A stretch of 63,036 nucleotides of DNA, the filler included, from Octopus bimaculoides (lineage: Eukaryota): assembly GCF_001194135.2 (NCBI RefSeq). It is 8 parts of 7 records of this genome, joined end to end, with 100 filler letters (N's around TTAATTAATTAA, not from the genome) between each part and the next. Parts side by side here need not be neighbours in the genome. Positions count along the whole stretch, not along the records: positions 50,530 to 55,724 come from NC_068985.1; positions 55,825 to 61,430 come from NC_068984.1; positions 61,531 to 63,036 come from NC_069006.1; 5 more parts are not named here. One strand, written 5' to 3'. The notes beneath the pieces are model-generated. The model searched no databases. It saw only the letters and a program-made list of their open reading frames with translations, and was not told where the DNA came from. Each line of letters starts with the position of its first letter. Positions within the stretch are counted from its first letter, which is position 1. Of the stretch, positions 50,686 through 63,036 are shown one piece after another. The position numbers were made by a program, and so were the translations under genes.

Positions 50686-51539
50686 CGTGGTTTTATCAAA
50701 GTGTACTCGGACTGTTGTCATAGTAACGAAACTAAAGCACACAAAGGGAAACCGCTGGGCATAGATTGACCTTGAACTCTGCTGTGCATGCGCACTAAGT
50801 TTTAACGTTCTAACTTACTTCCGTTGTTTACATCAATACTTGGGAGGAACTTGCGTAGCGTGTGTGTGTTGCATTGACCATGGCAGAGAAAGTTGTGCGG
50901 AGAATCTGTATCAAATTTTGCCAAAAGCTTGGCCATACCTGTTCAGAAGCCTACGCAAAATTTTCAAAAACTTTTCATCGTTTTCAATACAATCAAGGAG
51001 ATCTTGTGCAACTGAAACCTGAGTATCTTTCTGGTCAGCTGAAAGCAGCTTCCACACAAACTTGGCAGACATGCGTCACATGCCCAAATCTTCAGTGATA
51101 ATGGATTGAACTAACCGTAACTAATCTGCACACCCTCTCGACGATTTCCCCATCACAGCAGTACGCACATCTGAGATGTTTTTCTCAGTTCTGCTGGTTG
51201 CAGGTGTCTCAGAACGTTCGTCAATATCGACAATTTTTCGGTTATCTTGGAAACATCTGAATCACTCGTACACTTGTGTGCGGCTCATACACTCCTCTCC
51301 ATACACTTTCTGAGCAGGTATCGCCATGACAACTTTCTCTGTCATGGTCAATGCGACGATCACACGCTACACACTTTCCTTCCAAGTACTGCTGTAAATA
51401 GCGGAAGTGAGCTAGAACGTTAAAACTTAGTGCTAATGCACAGCAGAGTTCAAGGTCAATCTGTGCCAAGCGGCTTTACTCTGCGTGCTTTAGCTTCGTT
51501 ACTATGGCAATAGTCCGGATACTTATTGATCAGACCTCG
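50686..51539. mobile_element. Mariner-derived palindromic element built from two left ends
   Basis: About 200-bp diverged IRs ending TA|CG(A/T)GG..; transposase N-terminus on + (MAEKVVRRICIKFCQKLG) and a longer one on - (QKVYGEECMSRTQVYE*FRCF...DERS). Confidence 0.85.
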
Positions 51540-51987
51540 TATATAAAGACATTGATATATTAAATACAGAATGTATATATAACCAAATATATATAAGGGA
51601 TTGCTATTCACAAATATATAGGCTAAACAGAATCCAATGAAAGAACTGGCTCACTATTTAAGGTGGTTTAGTCTGCGAACGAGCAACTTCGACTGAAAGT
51701 ATTTTTACGATGGCAATAAAAGTAACAATGAGAGGAAAGAGGATAGATAGATAGAGAGATACAGAAGGGATATAGAAGGGGAGGCAGAGAGAGCGAGAAA
51801 GAAATAGGGAAAATATTGAGGCGTAGCCAATAAATGACAGCGCGTTTTCTTCGACCGGACCAGGTAGAACCAGTTTTAAGAATGTATGTATACAAATACA
51901 ACTAGTTATAAATCTCTGAACGAGAAATATGCAGTAGCAGCACCGAACAGTAAAGTCTATTTGCCAACAAAGAACGATGTTTCTACG

Positions 51988-52080
51988 TTTTAGCCCCAGC
52001 AAAACATCTTTTCCGGTGGGCTACCAACACATGGTCTGTATCGGTAGCCAGCTGGAAAATATGTTTTCTTGGGGCTAAAA
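51988..52080. other. 93-nt imperfect hairpin (38-bp arms, 17-nt loop)
   Basis: TTTTAGCCCC...GGCTACC / GGTAGCC...GGGGCTAAAA; 6 differences, of which 3 are G:U on the + strand. Confidence 0.8.
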
Positions 52081-52293
52081 GTAGTAATATCGTACTGTTT
52101 AGGACTGCCACATTGTATTGGTAAATAGATTTCACTAAATAAATACATTAATATCTTAAATACACAATACACACACACATACTCCCCCACACACATATAT
52201 ATATATATATAAAGGGTTGCTGTTCATAAATATATATGGGTAAACTGAATCTAGCAAAAGAAAGAATTGGCTTATTATTATTACTATTGTTAC

Positions 52294-52329
<36 letters not shown>

Positions 52330-52330
<1 letters not shown>

Positions 52331-53257
52331 GTTCAGTAGTTTTATTTTTATAACGTGCTTTCACTTCACTACCGAGCGCAGCTCTGTAAGCTTTGGGTAT
52401 GTGCTGTGGTTTGCTGTGGTGCTCTTATGGTTACTGTATTGAAAGTGTTTTGCGTAGGATGTGTGCAGTGCCCAGTAGTGCAATTTTCTGTATGTTATAT
52501 ATATTTTTAAGTCCTGGTGTTTTTGTTATGTATTTGTCTGAATATTTTTTTATTATACCTAAGGCACCTACTATAATAGGAATTGTTTCTGTTTTTAGAT
52601 TCCACATTCGAGTTACCTCTATTTCNNNNNNNNNNNNNNNNNNNNNNNNNNNNNNNNNNNNNNNNNNNNNNNNNNNNNNNNNNNNNNNNNNNNNNNNNNN
52701 NNNNNNNNNNNNNNNNNNNNNNNNNNNNNNNNNNNNNNNNNNNNNNNNNNNNNNNNNNNNNNNNNNNNNNNNNNNNNNNNNNNNNNNNNNNNNNNNNNNN
52801 NNNNNNNNNNNNNNNNNNNNNNNNNNNNNNNNNNNNNNNNNNNNNNNNNNNNNNNNNNNNNNNNNNNNNNNNNNNNNNNNNNNNNNNNNNNNNNNNNNNN
52901 NNNNNNNNNNNNNNTAGCTTCCAGTGTATATAGGTCCCAGCTCTGTCGTGTCTGTGAACATATTCCTTCTCAGCCAGGACTGGGCAGCCAGAGATAATAT
53001 GATTTATTGTTTCTTGTCCATCTCCACATATTCTACAAGGCTTTGGTCATGTGCAGCAATTAAAAATCCTTCAGTCTCTGCTTTGAGTCCTGAGCTTCTC
53101 AACCATTGCTGGGATTTTTCTCTGTCTATTTCTTTTGCATTTAGTTTAGCCCAATATTTACCATGTAGGGGCTTTTCTTGCTATCGTTTTATCATGGTCC
53201 GTTGCTGTTCTAGTTTTAGTTTGGATTTCATTTGTTTTATAACTTTTGTTGTTATTT
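52330..53257 (-). pseudogene. R4/Dong-clade retrotransposon 3' fragment with intact 3' end at (TAA)n
   Basis: EKPLHGKYW; WLRSSGLKAETEGFLIAAHDQSL; after the gap EVTRMWNLKTETIPIIVGALGII...IQKIALLGTAHILRKTL*; short 3' UTR, then (TAA)n. Confidence 0.9.
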
Positions 53258-54589
53258 CTTCTTCTTCTTCTTCTCCCCCTCCTCCTCCTCCTCCTTCTTC
53301 TTCTTCTCTACTAAGGTAAATAGAGACAGGGTTTGGAGACTGTATTGTTTGGAGGGAGTGGTTTCTCTTGCGTGACTTACGGCCAATAATTTTTCTTGTT
53401 TTACCAATTTCAAGGCCTGTACATCTTGTTCTTTTATTTCATGTGATTCATTCTGACCAGATGAATTTCAAAGTTTCAATAATCCTTGCACGGTTTCCCT
53501 TATCTCTAAGTCATAGTTTGGTCGTAAATCTTCGGTGCATCCAATTGGAGCGCGCATTTTTTTTTCCTTTTCGGGATCTACGGCAGGTATTTGTAGCTCA
53601 CTTATTTTTCTCGATTTTTTTTTATCCTCCTTTCCTACTCTTTCCTTTTCGTTCATTTTAGAATAAAAAATATGACCTTGATAAACAACTGAATAGTTAA
53701 TGTATCATATCAGTGAAGCACAAACATGTTCATGGCAACAAGTAGACACAAAGATAGGAATTATTGAATATATTTAGATTTCTGCATGCGTAATAATAAA
53801 AAAATTAACCCATCTCACATTTCCTTTGTTATCATTTTCAAGCACAAAATAAATAAATAATGTACGAAATCACGTATGTGTGTATAGATTTTATTTTCCT
53901 TCACTCTGTCTATTTGTGATGCTCCTGATTAATATCCAAATGTAAACGCTTCATCCAAATGTATTTTTGTACCAGAAATATTTTTCTCTCTCAGACGAAT
54001 TTCTCATAGGAAATTCTTTACATGTCTGTATAACATATAAATGTTTATAATTCGTATTAGCAAATATTGTACTTGTAATGAAGAATAAATAATACCAAGA
54101 AATTTTCGCTTTCCTGTTTTGTTATTGTTGTATGGGGAATCTGTTCACCCCCCGTGACTGGCTAAGTGAGCTATACTAGTTAGTATAAATGAGCATGCGC
54201 AGAACAGTCTGATAGGAGTGTCATAAGCGCCTGGAGGATTTTTGTTGTACTAAGGTATTGTTTCAAAATTATTGTTGTAAACGGGTGCCTGCTTAGCAGG
54301 ATTTTTGTTGAAACTGTGTTCTTGTCCATACGGGGGAAGGATTTGAACCTGCATTGTTTTGTTTTTATGAAATGTAGCCTGTTTCAGGTTTGTTTGAATT
54401 GTGTGCCTTCCCCGACAGGGGAAGGATCTGAACTGTTCAACTCTCTTGTAAGAGATAAATTAATCAAAATTCTTCTTTAAGAGACTTAATCTCTTGGAAA
54501 AAATACCGTTTTGTGTTAAAATGTCAGTCGAAATCACCAACGAAAGGATGACTCTAGATGAGGTGGTAAATATCGTAGGTATAGATAGA

Positions 54590-55130
54590 TAGCCTCTATA
54601 GAGGTACGTTTCATAAACGAAGAAAAAGCCCACGAGCACTCGGTACGGGCCCTTAGGACAGACGAGGTGGTATTTTTGCCTTCATATCTGGGACGTAGAA
54701 TGTCCCGGACAAAAATACAAGAGGAGCCACCAGAAATAGACGTCACCTGGGTGGTGACGGCACTGTGCTACACAAGAGAAGAAAAAAAATCAACATCTTG
54801 CAAATCATTCGATTTAGCACCCAGAACTGGCTAGGATAGAGCGTAGAAGTGTTGATCCAGGTGATACCGGGGGACTTGGAGGAGATCCCCGATAGAGTGC
54901 TCGTGGTTGAAGAAGTGATGTTGAAAATTCAAGTCGAGGGTAGGAGACCTCGTTGTTTCAGATGTGGTCAGAAGGACTTCTTGGCTGGTGGCTTGCGTCT
55001 CTCGACATGAAAGGCTCAGCGTTTTGAAGAACCGATCACGGATAAGGAGGTCATTGAGGTACTTTCCGTGTGCCTCGGGAACAAGTTGTCGAGACTTGAT
55101 GGTCTACCCTACGAGTTCTACGAAAGTATG
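54590..55130 (+). pseudogene. Tx1/L1-like LINE deletion derivative (ORF1 zinc knuckle joined to an ORF2 pre-RT segment)
   Basis: RRMSRTKIQEEPPEI...VEGRRPRCFRCGQK (54954-54974), then EEPITDKEVIEVL...KLSRLDGLPYEFY (cf. KSPGxDGxPxEFY). Confidence 0.75.
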
Positions 55131-55134
55131 CTGC

Positions 55135-55470
55135 AGTTCTATATTTAAGAGATGAGGAATTATGTACAAAATTTACATTATTTACATTTGACGGATATTT
55201 GTCCTCATCTTGTTTGTTGTTAACACAACGTTTCCGCTGATTTACCCTCCAGCCTTCATCAGGTGTCTTGAGGAAATTTCGAACCTGCGTTCTCATTCCT
55301 AAGGTATTCTTCGAAACTTTTAGGAAAGTAAATAAGTAAATGAGTGGAAATTTAACTGGTGAGTGTGCTAAATTAGAAGGCGTTAAAAGAGAATGACTCT
55401 CCCCAGACACAACAGAATATGCTTCAACACACGAACTCACATAAAGAATCTTGCAATCCAAAAACGAAAT
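55135..55470 (-). mobile_element. PLE-type terminal repeat containing minimal hammerhead H9 (55223-55266)
   Basis: ACAC-CUGAUGA-A-GGCUG(10 nt)CAGCG-GAAA-CG-UU/GUGU; a related fragment lies near 61295-61335. Confidence 0.7.
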
Positions 55471-56369
55471 ATATATATATATATATATATATTAGAAATA
55501 TCATATTTTTAAATCTCTCAGAGAGATTTAAGCAGTAGTGATGCGATAAAGTTGTTGTATATTGTCAACTTAATGTGACAATCCCAATAAGGGAATATAC
55601 TACTGCTGTTTAGCCCTAGGAAGCTGGACCGCTTCCTGTCGGCCTTGACACATTTACTCTGAGAGATTTAGAAATATGATATTTCTAATTTTGGAAACCA
55701 GTGAATATATTTCACTGTGATTATNNNNNNNNNNNNNNNNNNNNNNNNNNNNNNNNNNNNNNNNNNNNTTAATTAATTAANNNNNNNNNNNNNNNNNNNN
55801 NNNNNNNNNNNNNNNNNNNNNNNNAACAGTTTATTTTCTTTCTTCGTTTTATTTACTTTCAAAAGTCCAACGGTTTTTATTGAAATCTACAGCGTCCCTT
55901 ACTCGTTCGCTACTTAACATCCTAGGTTAATATCCTTATTTAACAACACTACTTACTTACTTACTTACTTTACTATGTAACGGTTTTCTTAACCGATATT
56001 GTATGCAGTGTCAATATGTTTCATGTCATTTCAACCTATTTATACACATGTAATTTAAGAACAACTATTAATGTTGTCTGTTTTTTACTGTCTGCTATGA
56101 ATTAATCAAATCTGACCCTGAGGAGATACAATATTCCATATTTTATAACATACAGGAGGGAGTCGGGATATTGCATCGAAATGTTTATAGGTCATTAAAA
56201 AGTTTTTACAATGGATCGCGTTATAGCTCTTATTTAAATTGATATGCACACAAAATTGTATGATTAACAACCTTTCATAGGAGAATTTTGCTACGTTGAT
56301 AACAGGTACAATATTTTTACCAAATGTTTGGTAGAGATTTATAAATACAAGTATATATATATACATATA

Positions 56370-56405
<36 letters not shown>

Positions 56406-56619
56406 TGTATATGTATAGTTAGACAAATAAGACAAGTATAGATTGATAAAATATAGACTGATAGATACAGATAGATATAAAGATAGAGAAGGATAGAGAG
56501 AGATGGATACAGAGATAGAAATAGAGAGACATAGACATCACTGACGCGAGAAAACCGGAAGTAAATATTAAAAAACTTGAGAAATTCTTAGATGAATGAA
56601 TCGACGTCGGTACTTATAT

Positions 56620-56752
56620 TTTAAAGGCCTGGTACTTATTCTATCGGTATCTTTTGCCGAACCGCTAAGTTAAGGGGCTGTAAACAAACCGATAGCAGTC
56701 GTCAGGCGGGGTGGAGAGAAACGCAGATAGACACATACAGAAACACACACAC

Positions 56753-56792
<40 letters not shown>

Positions 56793-56945
56793 GATGGGTC
56801 TCAATTTTTGTCTACCACATCCACTAACAAGGCTTTGGTCGGTCCAATGGTATAGAAGAAGAGACTTGCCCAAGGTGCCACGCAATGTGACAATGTGACT
56901 GAATAGGGAATCATGTGGTTGGAAAGCAAACGTCTTACGACACTG
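56620..56945 (-). mobile_element. SINE A, diverged
   Basis: Reverse-complement colinearity with family A. Confidence 0.75.
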
Positions 56946-57021
<76 letters not shown>

Positions 57022-57329
57022 GTATGTGTGTGTGTGCATATATATGTGTGTGTGTGCATATATATATGCGTGTGTGTGTATATATATGTGAATGTATACA
57101 TTATATATATATATATATATATAATGTATATTATATATATAAATATAAATATTTGTATTCATGCATACATAGCACACATTCTCAAGCATATATGTACGTT
57201 GTATAAAAAAATTAACTGTGTACACAGCTTTCACTTTTGGATGGGTTGTTCATGTTTACTTTAGAAAGTACACCATGACCCAAATTTCTGTGTAATATGT
57301 GAAATCTTGAAATATGAAACCTACAATTA

Positions 57330-57610
57330 AGCACTCCGTCAGTCACGACGACGACGAGTGTGACATTTGATTTGCTCAACCGAACAGCCTGTTCGTGAAA
57401 TTAGTGTGTAACTAAGTGACTGAGCACTCCAGAGACACCGTCAGGTGTCAGGGAGATTGAACATGATACACAAAATGTGACAAGGCTGGCAACTGAGTGG
57501 ACCGGAGCAATGTGAAATAAAATTTCTTCTTCAAGAATACATAGCTCCATCGTGTATCGAACTTAAGACCTTATGATCATGGGCCGAATACTTCTAACGA
57601 CTGAGCCACA
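57330..57610 (-). mobile_element. SINE family C, diverged
   Basis: Matches 47795-48100. Confidence 0.7.
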
Positions 57611-57854
57611 CAAATATGGAAGACATGTACTTTCACTATCCCGTATGTAGAATTTTAAGAAATGGACCATCATAAATAAATATCAAGAATAGATCACACC
57701 GTCGGTGAGATATGAACTAATCCCTTTCGACTCATAATCCGCTAATATTGTCATTGGAAATGCAGACTTCTTTTCACTTTACAATCGCTTGTCTTAGATG
57801 GTGCTTTGCTTTTATTAGAAACGATTATTATGGTTGTTGTTGTTGTTGTTGTTG

Positions 57855-57907
<53 letters not shown>

Positions 57908-58240
57908 GTTATTATTGTTATTATTATCATCTTTGGTCATATATTCTTCAATTCCTTAAAATAGAATTCACCTTCTTTAATTTGTTGAATTATGTGTGCT
58001 GTTGATTGAAAGCAGAGCATCGAGAAGTGGTAGGTGGAATGGTTGTGAAATTCTTTACAGTTTTAATTGTGAATTTTAAATCATATATATATATATATAT
58101 ATGTATATTATATACACATATATATGTATACATATGTTTTATATGTGTATATGTATGTATGTATGTGCATATACATATATATATATATATATGCATATAC
58201 ACATAAAGACACATTCCTATATATATTTATACAGACACAC

Positions 58241-58309
<69 letters not shown>

Positions 58310-59585
58310 CACATGCACACACACACATACATGTAATCCTTACACTGTTCTGTGGAGAACGTATGCAGGAAGTAATAAAATATGGTCGCTTAATGAAGGA
58401 GAAACAAAGAAACATCTCGCCATTCTCACGAGTCGCTGGTTAATTTTACCGTCTGTCAATAAGGAGATATACATCACCGCTAGTGATATGATGTCATCCT
58501 TTAATTAAGACAACACTGCAACTTACAAATTAATTTTTAATAGGTGTGCCGTATGTCTGTGTGTGTATGTGCTTCTATGTGTGTACGTGTTTGTGCATGG
58601 AAGGTGAGGTGAAGTGTGTGATGTGGTGTGTTGCGGTGTGGTTGTGGTTTGTAAGTGCTAGTGATGGAGTTTGTTTAATTACTTCCTGAGTTATTTTTAC
58701 TTCAAGATGAAGTAGTTCTGTCTAGTTAAACATGTTTAGAACCGACAAAATCAAACAAAACCGAATCAAACTGATCTAAACTAAACCAAACAATTGACCG
58801 ATCGACCGACAGTCTAACTAACAAAGCAATCAACTATCGAACTAACCTAATGTAACTCGACCCTCACCTAACCCAACCCGTTCTAGCCGAACCAACCAAC
58901 TAGCCAACCAACTAACCAACCAACCAGCCAACCAACCTAAACAACCATCCGAACTGTCCCATACACCGACACCGTACACCCAATCACTTGCTCTGTCAAC
59001 ACGGTCAATTTAGATGTTACTGCGAATAATCTCGGGGCTGAAGGATATAGGGATAAGATTTTACTGAGCATTCATCTCACCAGGCTCCAGATAGCCTCTA
59101 TGTAGCCTTGTTATATGGAAAGCCATTCATCATTCGTTAATTTTGTTGTCGAAAGCAAACGTTCTTATCTTGAGGTTATATTTTCCGATATTTCATGTTT
59201 TGACACAGCAAATTTACCTCAATACCCTCCATAGAGAAAACACTAACTGCTTGAAAATACTTGTATGAGTTAATAAATTTAACTAAGTTTTAAACCAACA
59301 TTTATAAACTAAATCTTCAGGTTATTAATTTGTACAAACTATCATTCGAAACGTCGCTCAAATGGTAAGATTTCACAACATATAAGGAATAAAAGTGTCC
59401 TATATCTTAAAAGATGGGTGAAAGGGAAGTTGTAACATTGAAGCATCTCCCAACAATGAGGACATGCATTCAATTATCTTGTTCCTTCTACGTCTATCTC
59501 TATAGCTGTCAGTCAGTGAGTCTGTATCAGTCTACTTAATCACTTTAAATCTGAACCTCAATCTCGTTATACACAAACGGGCGCG

Positions 59586-59637
<52 letters not shown>

Positions 59638-59708
59638 ACTCTCGCACTATCTCTCAAACGCGCGTACACTTGTAAACACACACACATTCTCACATGTATA
59701 AAACTGGT

Positions 59709-59752
59709 ACAGTCCGACGAAAGCTAACAAGTCGATACTTCGAAGTGACTGT
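59709..59752 (+). ncRNA. Degenerate hammerhead H10, homolog of H1/H2
   Basis: ACAGU-CCGACGA-AAGCUAACAAGUC-GAUA-CUUCGAAG-UG/ACUGU; GAAA and the cleavage triplet are mutated. Confidence 0.6.
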
Positions 59753-59858
59753 CTTCTAAATGTTTAACTTTCGCAATGAAAAAGCATTGAGTATTTCTAT
59801 AGTTTAATGTTAAATTGTTTCAACTTGATATTAAAACAAACGTTTATATATCTACATA

Positions 59859-59904
<46 letters not shown>

Positions 59905-61109
59905 AATATATACATATATTTATGTATATGTATATATATAAATATATATATATATATATAACATACATACAAACACGCAGACTCATATTCATATGTGTAA
60001 TATATATGCACGTATTTATAAACCTATCTATCAATATACAAATGTATTGAGCTATCAATCAATATAACTAATTGCTCATTTATCTTTCTATCGAACTTTC
60101 TATCTGTCTGTCACAAGTTATTGTGAGTATGGGTCTCTATATTTTCTAACTGGATTAACGAAGTGTTGCTTTCATTTCGCTTATTTTCAGCTCTAGAAAT
60201 ATAATTTAATATACTTTCGTGATTTGACTCTGCAAGTTTTCACACTTGAAAAATAATATATCTTGAAGAAGCCACAAATGATTATACATACATACATACA
60301 TACATACATACATACATAACAAACTGCCTCAACAAAAACCTGGAAAAATTAGGGTTCTCAAAACCTGAAAGAAAAAGGCTGATTAGAAGACTACAGATTC
60401 AAGCCATCAATGGAACTGTAAAGATATGTAAAACTTTCCAAAAATTTAGCACATAAATACATATGCATGCATCTAGACATAAAAAACGCATCCATAAAAC
60501 AAACATACAAATCTGCGCATACACTAACACCAAATACTGCACACGCACACACACATATGCACAAATACCTAGATGATGTTGATAAAAGTTCCAATGAAGG
60601 AGCCTTGAATCTATGTTAGAGTCCGGCTCTTTCTCTATGGACAAGAAATACAGAAATGAAACTGATTGATAACATACATAGTACATGCATGCATACGTAC
60701 ATAAATACATACATACTTACATACAAACATATGCAAAAATATAAATAATATTACAATACAATATTATTTTCCGGCGAAATGAATTGTCGTAAAGGTAGAA
60801 TTATAAATAGGAAATAATGGTACAACAAGGTACTAATTTTTGCTGGAAATAGCAATCAATAATCGTTCGATGCTAGATAAAGCTTCATTGAATGTATAGA
60901 GACAAAAAGGTGAACGTGCGGCGAATATAAAAAATTTTCGTCTTACCTCTAGGTTGTGGAGTTCTTTGGTGGCTGGTCATACGTATCATTCGTGGCAATG
61001 TGGGTACACATACGCGCGCGCGCGCACACACACACACACATACATACACGTATGATGCGTATATTCAGAGCATATGTCTATATGATGTATAAATAGACAA
61101 GGGTATAAA

Positions 61110-61275
61110 GGCGCAGGAGTGGCTGTGTGGTAAGTAGCTTGCTTACCAACCACATTATTCCGGGTTCAGTCCGACTGAGTGGCACCTTGGGCAAGTGTCT
61201 TCTACTATATCTTCGGGGCCCACCAAATCCTTGTGAGTGGATTTGGTAGAGGGAAACTGAAAAGAACCCGTCGTA
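61110..61275 (+). mobile_element. SINE A 5' half
   Basis: GGCGCAGGAGTGGCTGTGTGGTAAGTAGCTTGC head. Confidence 0.85.
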
Positions 61276-62726
61276 TGTATATAATCTTTATCAATTCGTT
61301 TTGCAAGATTCCTCATGTGGAATCGTGTGTTGAAACAGATATTTATTTTTTTTTTTTTGCCAAATTAACACACGCACTGTATTTTTTCCCCACTCGTTTA
61401 TTACTGTTATTTTATTATTTTAGCGCCTCTNNNNNNNNNNNNNNNNNNNNNNNNNNNNNNNNNNNNNNNNNNNNTTAATTAATTAANNNNNNNNNNNNNN
61501 NNNNNNNNNNNNNNNNNNNNNNNNNNNNNNAGGAGTAGTAGTTTGAAGAGAGAGAAAGAGACTTCAGACTTAACGCACTTTTTATTATATCTCGTGGGCC
61601 CAAACTTTACCTGTGCCCCCGCTCCTTCCCGCTTCAGTCATCCCACTCAACAAGTGGGGGGAAGTTCGCAGGCACTAACACCCACGAAGTTTATATCCTT
61701 TACATACCATGGTTCCGATGAGGGGGCTCTTTATTTGATAACTCGAACTGCTGAAAACAGCAACCAAACCGTAACTCACATCACATTCCTTCGTTTTGGT
61801 CTTAGCAATAATAATAAATAGATAAATAAATAAATTAAAAAAACAACGAAATGTGGAGGGTTGATACATTAAATAATGTAATCCCAGATACACTTGTTCT
61901 AGATACAAGATATTTGATGAAGAACACACAATGATTGTGGCTGGAATATGGTCTACTGGATCAGGAACGACTCGGGGCTGAACAGCAGCAACGGAACAAA
62001 ACAAATATAGAGAAGAAAAAATTTAAGCTACAAAGAAAGGAGAGACACGAGATAAACATTAGGCCATCCCACGTGCCACCCGTAATACATTAGTTTGCTA
62101 TCGACTCCAGCACCTGCCTGACACCCTCTACGCACTGCTGTCCCATCCACTCGGATAGCTTGTCAGCACCCCGGTTATCTGAAAAATGCAAAGTAATCGA
62201 ACGCGATATCTCGTTGTCTGAAAGTGTGTATATTTAGAACTTGCTACGATCTTCGCTCACGCTAACCCGTTGTGTAAAACGGGTATACATACTGACTATA
62301 CAACGTACATACATATATACATACACACATATACATATGTATATACTTCTATATTTATATATTTATCGTACATGTGTGTTTATGCGTTAAGAAGCGCCTG
62401 CATGGCCAGTGTAATCCCAGTTGTTGCAGCAAATTAAATCAAGGAATTTTAACGAGGAACATTGGAAATTACGCCAAGGTTAATTTTGAAAGACTTTGAT
62501 GAGTACAAGTACAGTCCCCACACATGGCCCAACTGCATTTTATGGCAGGAACACAGACCTTCTGTGGCGCGTACCTCGTTGTGTACAGACAGGAGTATTA
62601 GCAACGCCACTATACGTCAGTTTCGTTGTTGATCAGAACGAGTACAGACCCCCAGTCCGTCACTAATACCTCCTCCATCACAATAACAACCTGCTGACTT
62701 GTGTACCCTGTTGTCACAGGAAATTC

Positions 62727-62798
<72 letters not shown>

Positions 62799-62944
62799 GT
62801 CTGCCTGTCTGTCTGTCTGTCTGTCTGCATCTGTAACTATATTTATCTATCTTATACCTACCGATCAATCTGATATCTACCTGTTTATATATTTATTTTT
62901 CTCTCTCTAATTATAGCTAATATATTTGTCTGTTTGTGTGTCCT

Positions 62945-63020
<76 letters not shown>

Positions 63021-63036
63021 CCTATCTATTTATTTA

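Noticed and set aside
61709-61770. TGGTT-CCGATGA...CTC-GAA-CTG..CAG-C-AACCA, a possible further C4 hammerhead
   Set aside because: Needs two deletions (in GAAA and at U16.1) to fit and stem II is poor; not counted.
61890-62720. Several short exon-like frames on both strands
   Set aside because: Mutually inconsistent strands and frames, with no family similarity I can name.

Overview
Repeat-saturated, AT-rich animal genomic DNA with many N gaps. The SINE and microsatellite landscape looks like an octopus/coleoid cephalopod, but that is recognition from memory and is not verified. I cannot identify any intact host protein-coding gene; most listed ORFs are microsatellite or gap read-throughs. 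Seven joins carry an artificial N44-TTAATTAATTAA-N44 spacer, so long-range adjacency is uncertain. Supportable content: three tRNA-headed SINE families (called A, B, C here), an RTE-like 3' repeat, relics of Tc1/mariner transposases, two R4/Dong-like non-LTR fragments, a Tx1/L1-like fragment, Penelope-like (PLE) GIY-YIG fragments, several MITEs with readable TIRs/TSDs (hAT, Kolobok-like, Mutator-like, Tc1/mariner), and one degenerate tRNA-Thr-like gene. The most interesting signal is non-coding: ten type-I hammerhead ribozyme (HHR) motifs from several unrelated sequence families. Six carry a non-canonical CCGA(T/C)GA core (U4C). Two loci hold back-to-back HHRs of opposite polarity, and in one of them a MITE has inserted into the GAAA core. 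All ribozyme calls are manual folds and no activity is shown.
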